A stretch of 64,000 nt of DNA, from the NCBI GenBank assembly GCA_965215265.1, contig OZ244048.1, positions 2,112,001-2,176,000 of the forward strand, read 5' to 3'. This stretch comes from Candidatus Poribacteria bacterium (lineage in GTDB: Bacteria > Poribacteria > WGA-4E > WGA-3G). The translations under genes and the position numbers were made by a program. Shown here piece by piece: positions 29,033-38,905 of this stretch (positions within the stretch are counted from its first letter, which is position 1; every line of letters starts with the position of its first letter). The notes below the pieces were generated by a model. That model was not told the origin of the DNA. It worked only from the letters and a program-made list of their open reading frames with translations, and searched no databases.

Positions 29033-29590
29033 ATGACAACACGGTTTTGGCCCATCATTTTATTTATACTGATAACTGTTCCGTACACGCACGCTGAAGA
29101 AGCAACAAACCCGCAAACTGCTCCAGATAAAGAACACGAGAAATTCGTCTCACCTATCGGAGCAATGGTTCGCTCAGGAGTGTTTCCAGGCTGGGGCCAG
29201 TTTTATAGCCGAAGCTACATCCGGGGCGGCCTCATTACCGCCGGTATCGCCGGTTCTGTGGTTGGCGCACTCTTAGCAGAAAAATCTTTTCGCAATCGCT
29301 ACAACGATTACGCCACACTTGCTAGCTTAGAACTTGATAATGAAGAAGAGATTTTCCAGAGCTACAATCACGCAAATCAAAGATACAAACTGAGAATGTT
29401 CTTTCTCTATGCAGGTGTCGGTATTTGGGTTTATAGTATTATTGATTCCTACGTCAGTGCAAATTTTTTCAACGCGAAAACCCAAATCCAATCCATTCAA
29501 CGAGATGCACTACAAATCGAAAATAAATTGGGGATAAAACTCGATGCCACCCCTACACACCTCTATTTAGGCATCGTTAAAACCTTTTGA
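29033..29590 (+). CDS. DUF5683-like exported/membrane protein
   Basis: Signal peptide; SPIGAMVRSGVFPGWGQFY and WVYSIIDSY motifs. Confidence 0.7.
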   Translation: MTTRFWPIILFILITVPYTHAEEATNPQTAPDKEHEKFVSPIGAMVRSGVFPGWGQFYSRSYIRGGLITAGIAGSVVGALLAEKSFRNRYNDYATLASLELDNEEEIFQSYNHANQRYKLRMFFLYAGVGIWVYSIIDSYVSANFFNAKTQIQSIQRDALQIENKLGIKLDATPTHLYLGIVKTF

Positions 29591-29606
29591 GATGGAGGAT
29601 ATGGCC

Positions 29607-30167
29607 ATGTTCTCGAATTTTACAAAAATTAGTAGTCTCTTAATTTTAACTATCTGTTTTATAGGATGCGGAGACGCTGATAAGGTTAATCAAGTACCGC
29701 CTGAAGAACTCCTTGAGATTAATCGCGTTTTGGAACGGTGGCGGGAAGGCTATCAATTAGAAGATGTTGATACCTACATGAGCGCATTCTGGGAAGAAGG
29801 ATTCCTTTACGTATCTGATATGGGAACAGACGGCGATAAAACGGATGACGTAGAATTTGACGATATTCGCCAAGAGCGCGATGCCGCAATTCGAGTCTTC
29901 TCACGGTTCCAAGACATCGAAATTGAACTCTCCCTGCCACCCGAGATAATTATTAACAGAGAAGGCAATCAAGCCGAAGTCCGGAATCACTATCGCATCC
30001 AACTGTTTATCGCCGATGGCGAAACCCTTGAAGGCGGATACTCCGGCGTCTACGCAGAGGGCGACAATCTCTTTCTCTTTGAGAAAAGAAAAGACGAATG
30101 GCGGATAGTTGAATGGCATGACGAAGCCTTTGATGACGAAGAAATTCGCATCGCCAATAATCTATAG
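29607..30167 (+). CDS. Lipoprotein with NTF2/SnoaL-like fold
   Basis: Lipobox FIGC, EDVDTYMSAF and EWRIVEW; GGAGG RBS. Confidence 0.65.
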   Translation: MFSNFTKISSLLILTICFIGCGDADKVNQVPPEELLEINRVLERWREGYQLEDVDTYMSAFWEEGFLYVSDMGTDGDKTDDVEFDDIRQERDAAIRVFSRFQDIEIELSLPPEIIINREGNQAEVRNHYRIQLFIADGETLEGGYSGVYAEGDNLFLFEKRKDEWRIVEWHDEAFDDEEIRIANNL

Positions 30168-30321
30168 CAGCACTTACACACAAGATTATTTTCCCTCGCA
30201 TGCTTTGTTGAACTTCAATATGGAAACATGAGTGGTCCGGAGCACTCCGCACCACTCTGTTTCTATAGATGACTCAGGTGAATCTGAACTTCAAACCCCA
30301 AAGCAGCGCTTTTTTATACTC

Positions 30322-31743
30322 ATGGCACAACAGGAAGAGTCCTTAAACGACTATCTACAACTCATCCGAAAACATGACTTTACCATCTGCCTGAGCCTTC
30401 TCCTAGTCTTAGGAACAGCCCTCGTTATTTCCCTTCGATTGCCTAAAACCTATGCAGCTTCAACACTCATGCTACTCGTACAACCCGCTACCACCCCGGC
30501 AATCTCATCAACAAACTTATTCCAAACGGTTTTATCGGGCAGCGGAGACTCGCGCGAATTGGAGACGATCACCACACGATTTACAACCGAGTCTATGCTG
30601 GCAGCAGCAATCGAAAATCTTGAAGAAAACGGGAACCGTCAAGCTGCATCCATACTTCCACCCATTGGCGCACTCAAACGCAAAGTAAAAGCACAAATAT
30701 ATCCAGATTCCTACTATATTGAATTAGCCTTGGAACTAACCGAAGCAGAAGGCGGAGCACGCAACGCCGCACTCCTCGTTAATCAACTAGCAGAAGATAT
30801 GCAGACGCTGAGAACTGAAGATGAAAAAACGAAACTTGTAAAACGAAAACAGTTCCTTGACCAAAAACAGAAAGAAATTACTTCCGAACTTGAGAAACAC
30901 TTAGAAGCCGTTCTCCAATTTGTCAGAGAAAACGGGAGCCCTGAAATATGGATACCTAAACTCACCAATTTGCTTGAACGACACGCGAATTTGCACGCAC
31001 AACTTGAGACAACCCAGCAGAACCTCCACCAAACCCAGGCACACATAGTATATTTACAAGAACGCATCCACTTGCTCCCTGAGGAGATACCACTTTCTCA
31101 GACTACCTCCTACAACCCTATTTGGCTTTTTCAACAAGAAAAGTTATTCACATTAGAAACACAACGCAGCGCTGATGAAAAAAAAGTTGGCAAGGATTCA
31201 TCCGAATTGAAAGGGCTCGATGCCCAAATTCAAGACATCACCGAAAGAAACCACAACACACCACAAAATGCTACCACCACGACATCCGGGATTTCTCCAT
31301 ATTATACCTATATCCAAAATCGCCTAACCGAATTAATTCCGATGCGCGCCCGCTATGAAAATGCTCAAGAACGGATTAAACATGAACTTCGCCGCCTAGA
31401 TACGCAATTGGAGCAGCTACTAAAACAAATCCCTGAAAACCATTCCGTTCTTACCCAATTAAAGGCACGAATTGATAAAATTAATGAATTGAATGAAGAA
31501 ATCGCAAAACGCGCACTCGACGCAGAAATTTTGAGTGCCGAATCAACAGTGACCTCTTCTCAAAATCGGCGCGGCGGCATCGAAATCATCGACCGGGCCG
31601 TACCCAGAAAAATACCTATTGCCCCACAACTCAAATTGATCGTTATCATTGCCGGCGCAGTGGGCTTAGCCTTAGGAACCGCCATTTCACTATTCATTGA
31701 TTTTACCAGTTCTTCTGATAATCTAAGTAAACGGAACAGATAA
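30322..31743 (+). CDS. Wzz/GumC-like polysaccharide chain-length determinant
   Basis: N-terminal TM followed by PKTYAAST, long coiled coil, IIDRAVP..PIAP and a C-terminal TM. Confidence 0.8.
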   Translation: MAQQEESLNDYLQLIRKHDFTICLSLLLVLGTALVISLRLPKTYAASTLMLLVQPATTPAISSTNLFQTVLSGSGDSRELETITTRFTTESMLAAAIENLEENGNRQAASILPPIGALKRKVKAQIYPDSYYIELALELTEAEGGARNAALLVNQLAEDMQTLRTEDEKTKLVKRKQFLDQKQKEITSELEKHLEAVLQFVRENGSPEIWIPKLTNLLERHANLHAQLETTQQNLHQTQAHIVYLQERIHLLPEEIPLSQTTSYNPIWLFQQEKLFTLETQRSADEKKVGKDSSELKGLDAQIQDITERNHNTPQNATTTTSGISPYYTYIQNRLTELIPMRARYENAQERIKHELRRLDTQLEQLLKQIPENHSVLTQLKARIDKINELNEEIAKRALDAEILSAESTVTSSQNRRGGIEIIDRAVPRKIPIAPQLKLIVIIAGAVGLALGTAISLFIDFTSSSDNLSKRNR

Positions 31744-31876
31744 ACTACTTACTTGCATCGAGATAAATAAAAAAATTTACAATTTATCTCAAAATATGGT
31801 ATAATATATAGAAATAAAAGAGTATTAACTTACAGATCGGTTTGTGCAAGTCTTCGCTTCACAGAAAGGCGAGCGC

Positions 31877-31942
31877 ATGCTATCTTGTCAAACATGTCAA
31901 AGTCCACACATGACGAAAAACGGGTTTGGCCAACTCACCTAA
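31877..31942 (+). mobile_element. IS1-family InsA N-terminal zinc-ribbon remnant (21 aa)
   Basis: MLSCQTCQSPHMTKNGFGQLT* matches CxxCxSxxxxKNG; RBS GAAAGG; promoter TTTACA-18-TATAAT at 31776-31805. Confidence 0.5.
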
Positions 31943-32563
31943 CATGTGGAGATAATTCTGTTCTTGGGGCTCGGCGCTTCATGCCCCAAACTGCCATCCC
32001 ACGCTCCGGCACCGGCCTGCTTCCCAGCAACGCCGCTTCGGGCGCGCATGCTAAGTGAATTGATGGCTCGCCGGCCCTTGTGCAAACACGGAGAAAGAAA
32101 ACCGGAAGCGGTACTGTTGCCCGCCCCTGAGCATCTTCACCACCGATAACCGTGTGTGCTCGAGAGAAGCCGTGTTATCAGTCGAAAAAAACAGAAACCG
32201 AATTTTTAAGCCTGTTTGGCATCAAAGCCGGCCACCCATCGCCGCGGAACGTGGCCGTCGTGATGTTCAATATACGGAACGCCGCGACACTGCCGCAGTT
32301 GTACACATATCCGTTTGATACCGATGAAGGGTGCGTTTCTGTGAGGACCGCCTACTTCGCGCATAACGGGTAACGTTAAAACGTTAAATTGTATTCACCG
32401 CGGATACGCTGCTACAGCGTAAGAGAATACAAGTTTTTTTCAATATCTGCATGCACGGTACCTTTAAGCAAACACCACATTTGGAAATATAGTGCATTTG
32501 TGGTATCATGCAATAATAAATTTTTCACATGTACGCGGAAAAAACTTTTTTTGATAAAAAAAG

Positions 32564-32592
32564 TTGACAGAAAATTGCCGTCGTGCTATATT
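32564..32592 (+). promoter_or_regulatory. Distal sigma70-like promoter of the large envelope gene
   Basis: TTGACA-17 nt-TATATT with TG extension. Confidence 0.6.
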
Positions 32593-32700
32593 TAAACACT
32601 AAGAACAGTTTTGTGAAAATTTTATCAATTTTGATACTGATTTTTCTCGAAACGAATCCTTAATTTAGTGGAAGAAACTCACTTTTTGTGCTCGCGCTAC

Positions 32701-32729
32701 TTGAGATTTTGCAGTATCCGGTATATAAT
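32701..32729 (+). promoter_or_regulatory. Proximal sigma70-like promoter of the large envelope gene
   Basis: TTGAGA-17 nt-TATAAT. Confidence 0.55.
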
Positions 32730-32936
32730 GGTTCATTAACACAAACGAGCACTCTTTATATTTAGTAACGAAACCTTAACGCTTTCCGTTTACATAATAT
32801 AGTGGTTTCCAACTATTTTTTAAGGTTTTTGTTGGAGTCGGAACTGTTGTGTTCGCAGCGATGCCCAGAATTTTCAGGCAGTCGCTTGCAGCTCACATAT
32901 CCGACTAAATTATTCCCAAGGAGGAAAAATAAAGTA

Positions 32937-35900
32937 ATGAATGAGTTAAGACAATCAATTAATGTTTTACTTGTCGTGACCTGTATCTTGAGTAGTTTTG
33001 TACTCTACGGTTGTGGGGCGCAAAGCCTAGGTCCGCAAGAACCGCTCTTACCAACTATTGAGGGTAGCTCTAAGTTCTCTGCCCGGTTCCAATTAGAAGA
33101 AGAACCGCAGTTCTTCTACGATCTATTTGGAAAAGAGCTGCTTGAAGGAAACGAAGTCTATAACTATCGCGAGCAAAAAGAATTCGACCAGAACGGTGAA
33201 TTGATTGTAGGTTGGACTGGACAGCTCGATAGTGAAAGATTTTCCGCACAGCTCGACCGGACGGTATTAACAGAAGATAGTTTCCGAGGGAGATACACGG
33301 AATTTGCTATTGGTGATGATATGCGGTTCAAGCCTGCTACGTTGTTCCCAAACCGGTACATTCTCTATAAAACAGAGTTTGACGGCTTCCGTTGGGACAT
33401 CTCTTTTTCGCAGGAGCGACATCTATTTACGTTGATTAACTCCCGTATCTCTAACCCAGCAAGATTAACTGATGCCGCAGCGAACCTCGCACCAACACTC
33501 GGCCGACGGAACGGGTTAAACGCGGATGCCGGCACTCGGCATATTGAAAACGCACGCTTGATCGGTTTCAGGGCACAGGGACTCTTAGGCGATATCTTCC
33601 GTGTTGGGTTCACCTATGTCAACCTACACAAAGAACACCCCGAACGCGTTGAGAACCCTCTCATGGGTACCGTCGCCAATACCCCACCTGAAGTCATCTC
33701 TGTTGTTTTTCGTGATGATTCTCCAGAAGATAATCACAACGTCGTTACCCAATTCTCTGGCTACGATGCTAACCTCCATGGAGATAACATCCAGGGCGGT
33801 GTCGGTGCTGCCTTCAAATCCATGAAAGCTACCGTCATAACACAAGCATTAGAAGAACTCACAGCCGAAGAAATTGAAGAAGGTGTCGAACCGGCAACTC
33901 AGCCCGAACAGACGCAAACAATCGATATTTTTGTTGACGACATCACGCCTATTGATGTCGGCGGACTTCCATCCGAAATTCGAGACTCCGTTGATGGTGA
34001 ATGGAAAATCGTAGACGGTTTCAATAAAATGAAATATGATCTGGTCTTTGCTGACCACGATATTGAACCGCGCACCGTCAAATCCGTGGTCTTTGAGATG
34101 ATAGTTGCAGGCGATTACAACATCGCTATCATCGGATTCAGTGACGCAAACAAAGCCGCTGAAGGCGCTGACCCCCTTGTCGAAGAGTGGATTAAAACCG
34201 AAGATGGACATATTGAAATGCCATACAGGGATGTCATTCAAGCACCCGGCAACTACGGACAATCTTCGGATTATGCCAGCAATCGGACAAGTCTTCTCGA
34301 TAATCCAAGCGACTGGGAAGGAGAAGGAAGACCCCGGAAAGTCCAATATCGTTACGGCGCAGCACGCGCAGCACTTCTCTACGGACTTGATCTCGAAGGA
34401 ACCATCGGGAATGTCTTCGTCCGAGCACATTATTCCATTAACGGGAAATATAAGCAGTATCCTACTTTGCCCAAAGACAAAGTCGGTTTTAGTCGGCTCA
34501 AAACCACAATTATCACGGACAATGGTGAAGAAGAAACCGGCATATCCATAGATCCGGCCACAGGACTGCCTCTAGACCGGAACGGCATACCGACCTACTC
34601 AGAAACCGAAGGCGAACGGTTTGAAGCAAGGTTGGGCGGAGACGGAAGCGATGAAACCGGCGATGGCGAACTCGGAAGAGAAACTGCCTGGTTCGTACAG
34701 CTTAAATCACGATTCGGTAAACTCTACCTTGAAGGTGTTTGGTACCATATTGACCCAGGATATACCACCACCTATCTCAACTTCGGTTCAAACACCGATA
34801 GAGACCAGACATATTCACTGGAACGGACACCTGAATCACAATCAGAAGAAGACCCCTGGGATGAAACCAATTACGCTCTCATTGAAGATGACGATGATGA
34901 TGACGACTGGCCCGATGACATCGACTTTGATGGAGTACTACCACGAGCCGATGACAGAGACCAGAACGGGATTTTGGACTTCCAAGAAGACTTCCTAATC
35001 TTTGATGCAGATCCGCCGGTCTTTACCGACCTGGTTGACTTGAACAACAACGGTACTATTGATTCCCTCGAAGATGACTTTGAACCACAATATGAATACG
35101 GAATTGACCGCGCCGGCTACCATGTCTTCGCCGAGTACGATCTACTCGACAACCTTTCTCTCAAAGTGGGGTGGCTCAACGAAGACGAAGTCTCCAGCCG
35201 ACGACAGAATGATTCCAAATATTTGCACGTCACTTACCAACGTGACATTCCAGATTTTGGAACGATCCTCTTCCAAAACCGATTCGTCCGGGTTAACGAC
35301 GATATTCCAGATTACACAATCACTCTCCGGGTCGGTGAATTGGACCCCGTTCAAATCTCTGACGAACTTGACTTCTACAACGCGCGGGTCAATACCACAA
35401 CTCTTCAGTTCCTCTATACCGCTATACCCAACTTAACCCTTGAAGCAAAGTTTCTCGTGGTTTTGCAACATCAGTACGAACAAGATGAGGAAGGCGCTAT
35501 CTTCCTCGATGTTGAGGGATCCGGTGATGAAAATGATCCGCTTAACGCAGATCAACGCGTTGACTTCATGGTACCTATCGAACAGGTTCGAGCCTCCGGC
35601 GAGAAACGGGAATATCCATTCTATCCTGACCACGGAATTAACGCCCTTGATCCGGAAGATCCCGGACTTATCTATGACTCCGAAAACTGGAAGAAACGAC
35701 GCTATCCAGAACGGGATATTCGCAACCAGCAGACTATTCTCAAAGCAAGATACGAAATCCCGCTCGGAGATCTACCCTTTGTTGATAAAATCGGTGAGGA
35801 CTTAACCCTCACCCCCATGGTTAAATATATTTGGGATCGTGCCTTTGACCGCGGGGCCGAAGAAATCCCGGAATCGCTTAACCCGCGTTTGTTCGTCCCT

Positions 35901-36263
35901 ACGGATGAAGAACCTGTTGGATACCTCCGATTCAATCGCCGAAGCCGGGAGGATGTCCTCGGTGTCCGCCTAGATTACCAGTTCACACAAAGAATGAACA
36001 TCCTCGGCGGATTCCAGTACCGGAAATTTACCAACCGAGACGATAACTTCAAAAACTATTTGGGGAACTTCCCGGAAGATGAAGACGTACCGATCCTCTT
36101 CCGCCCGGACCTGCGGACCCGAATCTTTGAAATCCAAGCCATCAACCGCGGCGAATGGCTCGGTTTTAACATTGTTATCCTCGCAGGTTACAGACGAACC
36201 ACCATCCTCCTTGAACATACAACCAGTAACACTACGTTTGTTCGAGCGATGATGGGTTTCTAA
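32937..36263 (+). CDS. Large acidic lipoprotein / probable outer-membrane beta-barrel (1108 aa)
   Basis: AAGGAGG RBS; lipobox LYGC; Ca-binding-like DRDQNGILD, DLNNNGTID, DDDDDDDWPDD; amphipathic strands at both ends; terminal Phe. Confidence 0.75.
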   Translation: MNELRQSINVLLVVTCILSSFVLYGCGAQSLGPQEPLLPTIEGSSKFSARFQLEEEPQFFYDLFGKELLEGNEVYNYREQKEFDQNGELIVGWTGQLDSERFSAQLDRTVLTEDSFRGRYTEFAIGDDMRFKPATLFPNRYILYKTEFDGFRWDISFSQERHLFTLINSRISNPARLTDAAANLAPTLGRRNGLNADAGTRHIENARLIGFRAQGLLGDIFRVGFTYVNLHKEHPERVENPLMGTVANTPPEVISVVFRDDSPEDNHNVVTQFSGYDANLHGDNIQGGVGAAFKSMKATVITQALEELTAEEIEEGVEPATQPEQTQTIDIFVDDITPIDVGGLPSEIRDSVDGEWKIVDGFNKMKYDLVFADHDIEPRTVKSVVFEMIVAGDYNIAIIGFSDANKAAEGADPLVEEWIKTEDGHIEMPYRDVIQAPGNYGQSSDYASNRTSLLDNPSDWEGEGRPRKVQYRYGAARAALLYGLDLEGTIGNVFVRAHYSINGKYKQYPTLPKDKVGFSRLKTTIITDNGEEETGISIDPATGLPLDRNGIPTYSETEGERFEARLGGDGSDETGDGELGRETAWFVQLKSRFGKLYLEGVWYHIDPGYTTTYLNFGSNTDRDQTYSLERTPESQSEEDPWDETNYALIEDDDDDDDWPDDIDFDGVLPRADDRDQNGILDFQEDFLIFDADPPVFTDLVDLNNNGTIDSLEDDFEPQYEYGIDRAGYHVFAEYDLLDNLSLKVGWLNEDEVSSRRQNDSKYLHVTYQRDIPDFGTILFQNRFVRVNDDIPDYTITLRVGELDPVQISDELDFYNARVNTTTLQFLYTAIPNLTLEAKFLVVLQHQYEQDEEGAIFLDVEGSGDENDPLNADQRVDFMVPIEQVRASGEKREYPFYPDHGINALDPEDPGLIYDSENWKKRRYPERDIRNQQTILKARYEIPLGDLPFVDKIGEDLTLTPMVKYIWDRAFDRGAEEIPESLNPRLFVPTDEEPVGYLRFNRRSREDVLGVRLDYQFTQRMNILGGFQYRKFTNRDDNFKNYLGNFPEDEDVPILFRPDLRTRIFEIQAINRGEWLGFNIVILAGYRRTTILLEHTTSNTTFVRAMMGF

Positions 36264-36271
36264 ACTGTTTG

Positions 36272-36310
36272 TGGTTTGCTAGACACGATTTCTTCGTGTC
36301 TAGCAAACCA
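36272..36310 (+). terminator. Perfect 17-bp stem-loop
   Basis: TGGTTTGCTAGACACGA-tttct-TCGTGTCTAGCAAACCA just after the stop codon. Confidence 0.75.
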
Positions 36311-36325
36311 GATTCTAAACAAAAC

Positions 36326-36352
36326 GCGTAACTTTCTTATACTAGTGGTGTT
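36326..36352 (+). promoter_or_regulatory. Putative ECF-sigma promoter, copy 1
   Basis: GCGTAACTT-N12-GGTGTT; same motif and spacing at 37228-37254. Confidence 0.5.
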
Positions 36353-36410
36353 CATATAGGTAAAGTTTGCTAACTAAACCTATCTCACGCTCAAAATGGA
36401 AATATAACAG

Positions 36411-37124
36411 ATGGTCCGGGCTTGTTTAGTTTTTTTCATTCTATTAACCGTCTCTTTGGGGATGTGGAACCTTATCGCACAAACCCAAGAAACACATGTT
36501 GAAAACGTTGAAAACGGAGTTGTGCGGGGTTACATTTCCGATATAACACGGCAACAATCACCGATTGCCAACGTTCACGTGACACTCACACGGCTTGAAC
36601 CAGACTTCGAGACGACAACCAACGCGAAGGGCGAATTTGAGCTCACCAATTTAGCACCCGGACGCTACGTTGTTACTCTGAGTAAAGATGACTACGACCG
36701 GGGGATTGTACAACTTGTAACCGTTGTGAATAGGGGAGAGCAGTATGTCACACTTAAAATGGGCCCAGAGGCGATAGAAAACGTCCCAATTCCGGAAAAG
36801 ATTCGCACGCCGGTACCAAAAAATGGCGGCACCGTCCGTGGGCAAATTGTGGATACATCAACCGCCCAAAACCCTATTCCTGACGTGCGTGTCGTCATTG
36901 CCAGCCAAGATGGCGAATATGAAGCGACAACAGATGCAAATGGCGAGTTTGAACGCACTGGTGTCCCCGCAGGACGCTACTTGATTAGTATCTATAGAGA
37001 AGGATACGGAGATCGCGAAGGCAAACCCGTAACCGTCGTGAATGGCGGCGAGCACTATATTCCACTCAAGATGACTCAAAAATTCTCTTTTTTCCAAAAA
37101 TTGGGAAAGGTCTTCGGTTTTTAA
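36411..37124 (+). CDS. Exported protein with two carboxypeptidase-regulatory-like (Ig-like) domains
   Basis: Signal peptide; two GxVRG.I.D...PI..V.V...TTNAKGEF..L.PGRY repeats. Confidence 0.85.
   Translation: MVRACLVFFILLTVSLGMWNLIAQTQETHVENVENGVVRGYISDITRQQSPIANVHVTLTRLEPDFETTTNAKGEFELTNLAPGRYVVTLSKDDYDRGIVQLVTVVNRGEQYVTLKMGPEAIENVPIPEKIRTPVPKNGGTVRGQIVDTSTAQNPIPDVRVVIASQDGEYEATTDANGEFERTGVPAGRYLISIYREGYGDREGKPVTVVNGGEHYIPLKMTQKFSFFQKLGKVFGF
36824..37075 (+). repeat. 252-bp direct repeat, copy 1
   Basis: Matches 37435-37686 with 4 mismatches. Confidence 0.95.
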
Positions 37125-37227
37125 CTTTAAATTACAGATAGTTGGACCTGTCTTGATAGGAGGGGCCACTACAATCTATTCTCCTACAATGGCGTGGGAG
37201 AACCTGAATAATCAACCCTGAAAAAAA

Positions 37228-37254
37228 GCGTAACTTCTTAGTGTCTCAGGTGTT
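37228..37254 (+). promoter_or_regulatory. Putative ECF-sigma promoter, copy 2
   Basis: GCGTAACTT-N12-GGTGTT upstream of exbB. Confidence 0.5.
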
Positions 37255-37345
37255 GATAGATACAAAACTTGTTAGGAATACGAGGGCATACTTGTCCGAT
37301 TCGAGAACTTTACTAACAAGTTACCTAAAGGAGGAAACAGTCCGA

Positions 37346-38341
37346 ATGAAACGTTTAAGTTTAATGTTAATGTTAGCTGCCTGTATCGGAATGTCCGCTG
37401 GAATCGTCTTTGCACAAGATGACATTGCCAGCAGTGGCGGCACCGTCCGTGGGCAAATTGTGGATACATCAACCGCCCAAAACCCTATTCCTGACGTGCG
37501 TGTCGTCATTGCCAGCCAAGATGGCGAATACGAAGCGACAACAGATGCAAATGGCGAGTTTGAACGCACTGGTGTCCCCGCAGGACGCTACTTGATTAGT
37601 ATCTATAGAGAAGGATACGGAGATCGCGAAGGCAAACCTGTAACCGTCGTGAATGGCGGTGACCACTATATTCCACTCAAGATGACCAAGAAAGACAATA
37701 TCGTCTCCTTCTTCATGAAGTTCGGTTTCGTCTTCTGGCCCTTGGCTCTTTGTTCCGTCACAGCACTCACCTTCATTATTGAACGGCTCTTCACGTTCGT
37801 CCGAAGCCGTTCACGTATCGGCACCGAACAGTTCATCGCAAACATCGCGGATTCTTTGCGGAAAGAGAATATCATGGAAGCCGTTTCAATCTGTGAAGAA
37901 GCAGGCGGACCCCTCGCCAACGTGCTTAAAGCAGGGCTCCTGCGTTACAGCCAAGCCCAGATTGAAGAACGCGACATTACCAAAGAGGAAATTCAGGAAG
38001 CGATTGAAGAAGCAAGCCTCCTTGAAATACCCGAATTGGAAAGAAATCTCCCTGTATTGGGAACAGTTGCAGTGGTTTCGCCCCTATTCGGTCTGCTCGG
38101 AACAGTCACTGGTATGATTAGTGCATTTACAACTATTGCACTTGAAGGTACGGGAGACCCGCAGCAGCTCGCCGGTGGTATCTCACAGGCTCTCCTCACG
38201 ACTGCTGCAGGCCTAACAGTCGCTATTCCATGCCTGATCTTCTTCCAACTCTTTGATAGCTGGGTTAACAGGCACATGGTTGAGATTTCTCAGGTCTCCA
38301 CTGAAATTGTTAACCAATTGGTTGTTGGTGAAGGGTCGTAA
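37346..38341 (+). CDS. exbB: MotA/TolQ/ExbB proton channel with N-terminal carboxypeptidase-regulatory-like domain
   Basis: AAGGAGG RBS, signal peptide, Ig-like domain, then SPLFGLLGTVTGMI and GGISQALLTTAAGLTVAIP. Confidence 0.9.
   Translation: MKRLSLMLMLAACIGMSAGIVFAQDDIASSGGTVRGQIVDTSTAQNPIPDVRVVIASQDGEYEATTDANGEFERTGVPAGRYLISIYREGYGDREGKPVTVVNGGDHYIPLKMTKKDNIVSFFMKFGFVFWPLALCSVTALTFIIERLFTFVRSRSRIGTEQFIANIADSLRKENIMEAVSICEEAGGPLANVLKAGLLRYSQAQIEERDITKEEIQEAIEEASLLEIPELERNLPVLGTVAVVSPLFGLLGTVTGMISAFTTIALEGTGDPQQLAGGISQALLTTAAGLTVAIPCLIFFQLFDSWVNRHMVEISQVSTEIVNQLVVGEGS
37435..37686 (+). repeat. 252-bp direct repeat, copy 2 (encodes the ExbB N-terminal domain)
   Basis: Matches 36824-37075 with 4 mismatches. 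Confidence 0.95.
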
Positions 38342-38356
38342 TGTCTATCCCTTGGA

Positions 38357-38384
38357 AGGGGCGAGTGGAAACCACTCGCCCTAC
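38357..38384. repeat. REP-like palindrome (GTAG-type on the minus strand)
   Basis: GGGCGAGTGG-aaa-CCACTCGCCC-TAC; related copy at 39558-39586. Confidence 0.5.
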
Positions 38385-38408
38385 CCTTAAACAAATGGAG
38401 ATTTTGAA

Positions 38409-38858
38409 ATGCAACAACTCGCTGAAGGCAAATTGAACATGCTTGCAAATAAAATTAAGGAACGCAAGGCACCAACCCTCAGCATGGCACCGATGATTGA
38501 TTGTGTCTTTCTACTCCTAATTTTCTTCATGGTTTCAACAACCTTCTCACCCATTCCAGGGCTCCGGGTACAGCTCCCACCGCCAGGGAAACCGTCTCCG
38601 GATAAACCGAAAGGGCTCACCGTCAGAATCGCTAACCCGGAACCAGGTGAGAGCAGAGGCACCATGGTCCTGAATGACGAGGTCGTTCAACTTGAGGAAA
38701 TGTTTACGCAATTCATCAACGCCCCAGAAGAAGCAACGAGCATGTTGATTATCCAATCTGAACGCGACGTACTTCATGAACAAATTGTACAAGTTATGGA
38801 TATTGCTAAACAAGCAGGTATTGATAAAATCGGTTTTGCTATTGTCGCCCGAGACTGA
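38409..38858 (+). CDS. exbD: Biopolymer transporter ExbD/TolR (1)
   Basis: MAPMIDCVFLLLIFFMV TM motif with conserved Asp; VMDIAKQAG. Start may be 38439. Confidence 0.92.
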   Translation: MQQLAEGKLNMLANKIKERKAPTLSMAPMIDCVFLLLIFFMVSTTFSPIPGLRVQLPPPGKPSPDKPKGLTVRIANPEPGESRGTMVLNDEVVQLEEMFTQFINAPEEATSMLIIQSERDVLHEQIVQVMDIAKQAGIDKIGFAIVARD

Positions 38859-38905
38859 ACCTATACACTCGGCGACACTGACACTTATAGGAAAGGAGAA
38901 TTCCA

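Noticed and set aside
31946-32373. ORFs 31946-32149 (ILFLGLGAS, SIR2-like start) and 32152-32373
   Set aside because: Too short, no RBS, and the similarity is limited to a few residues.
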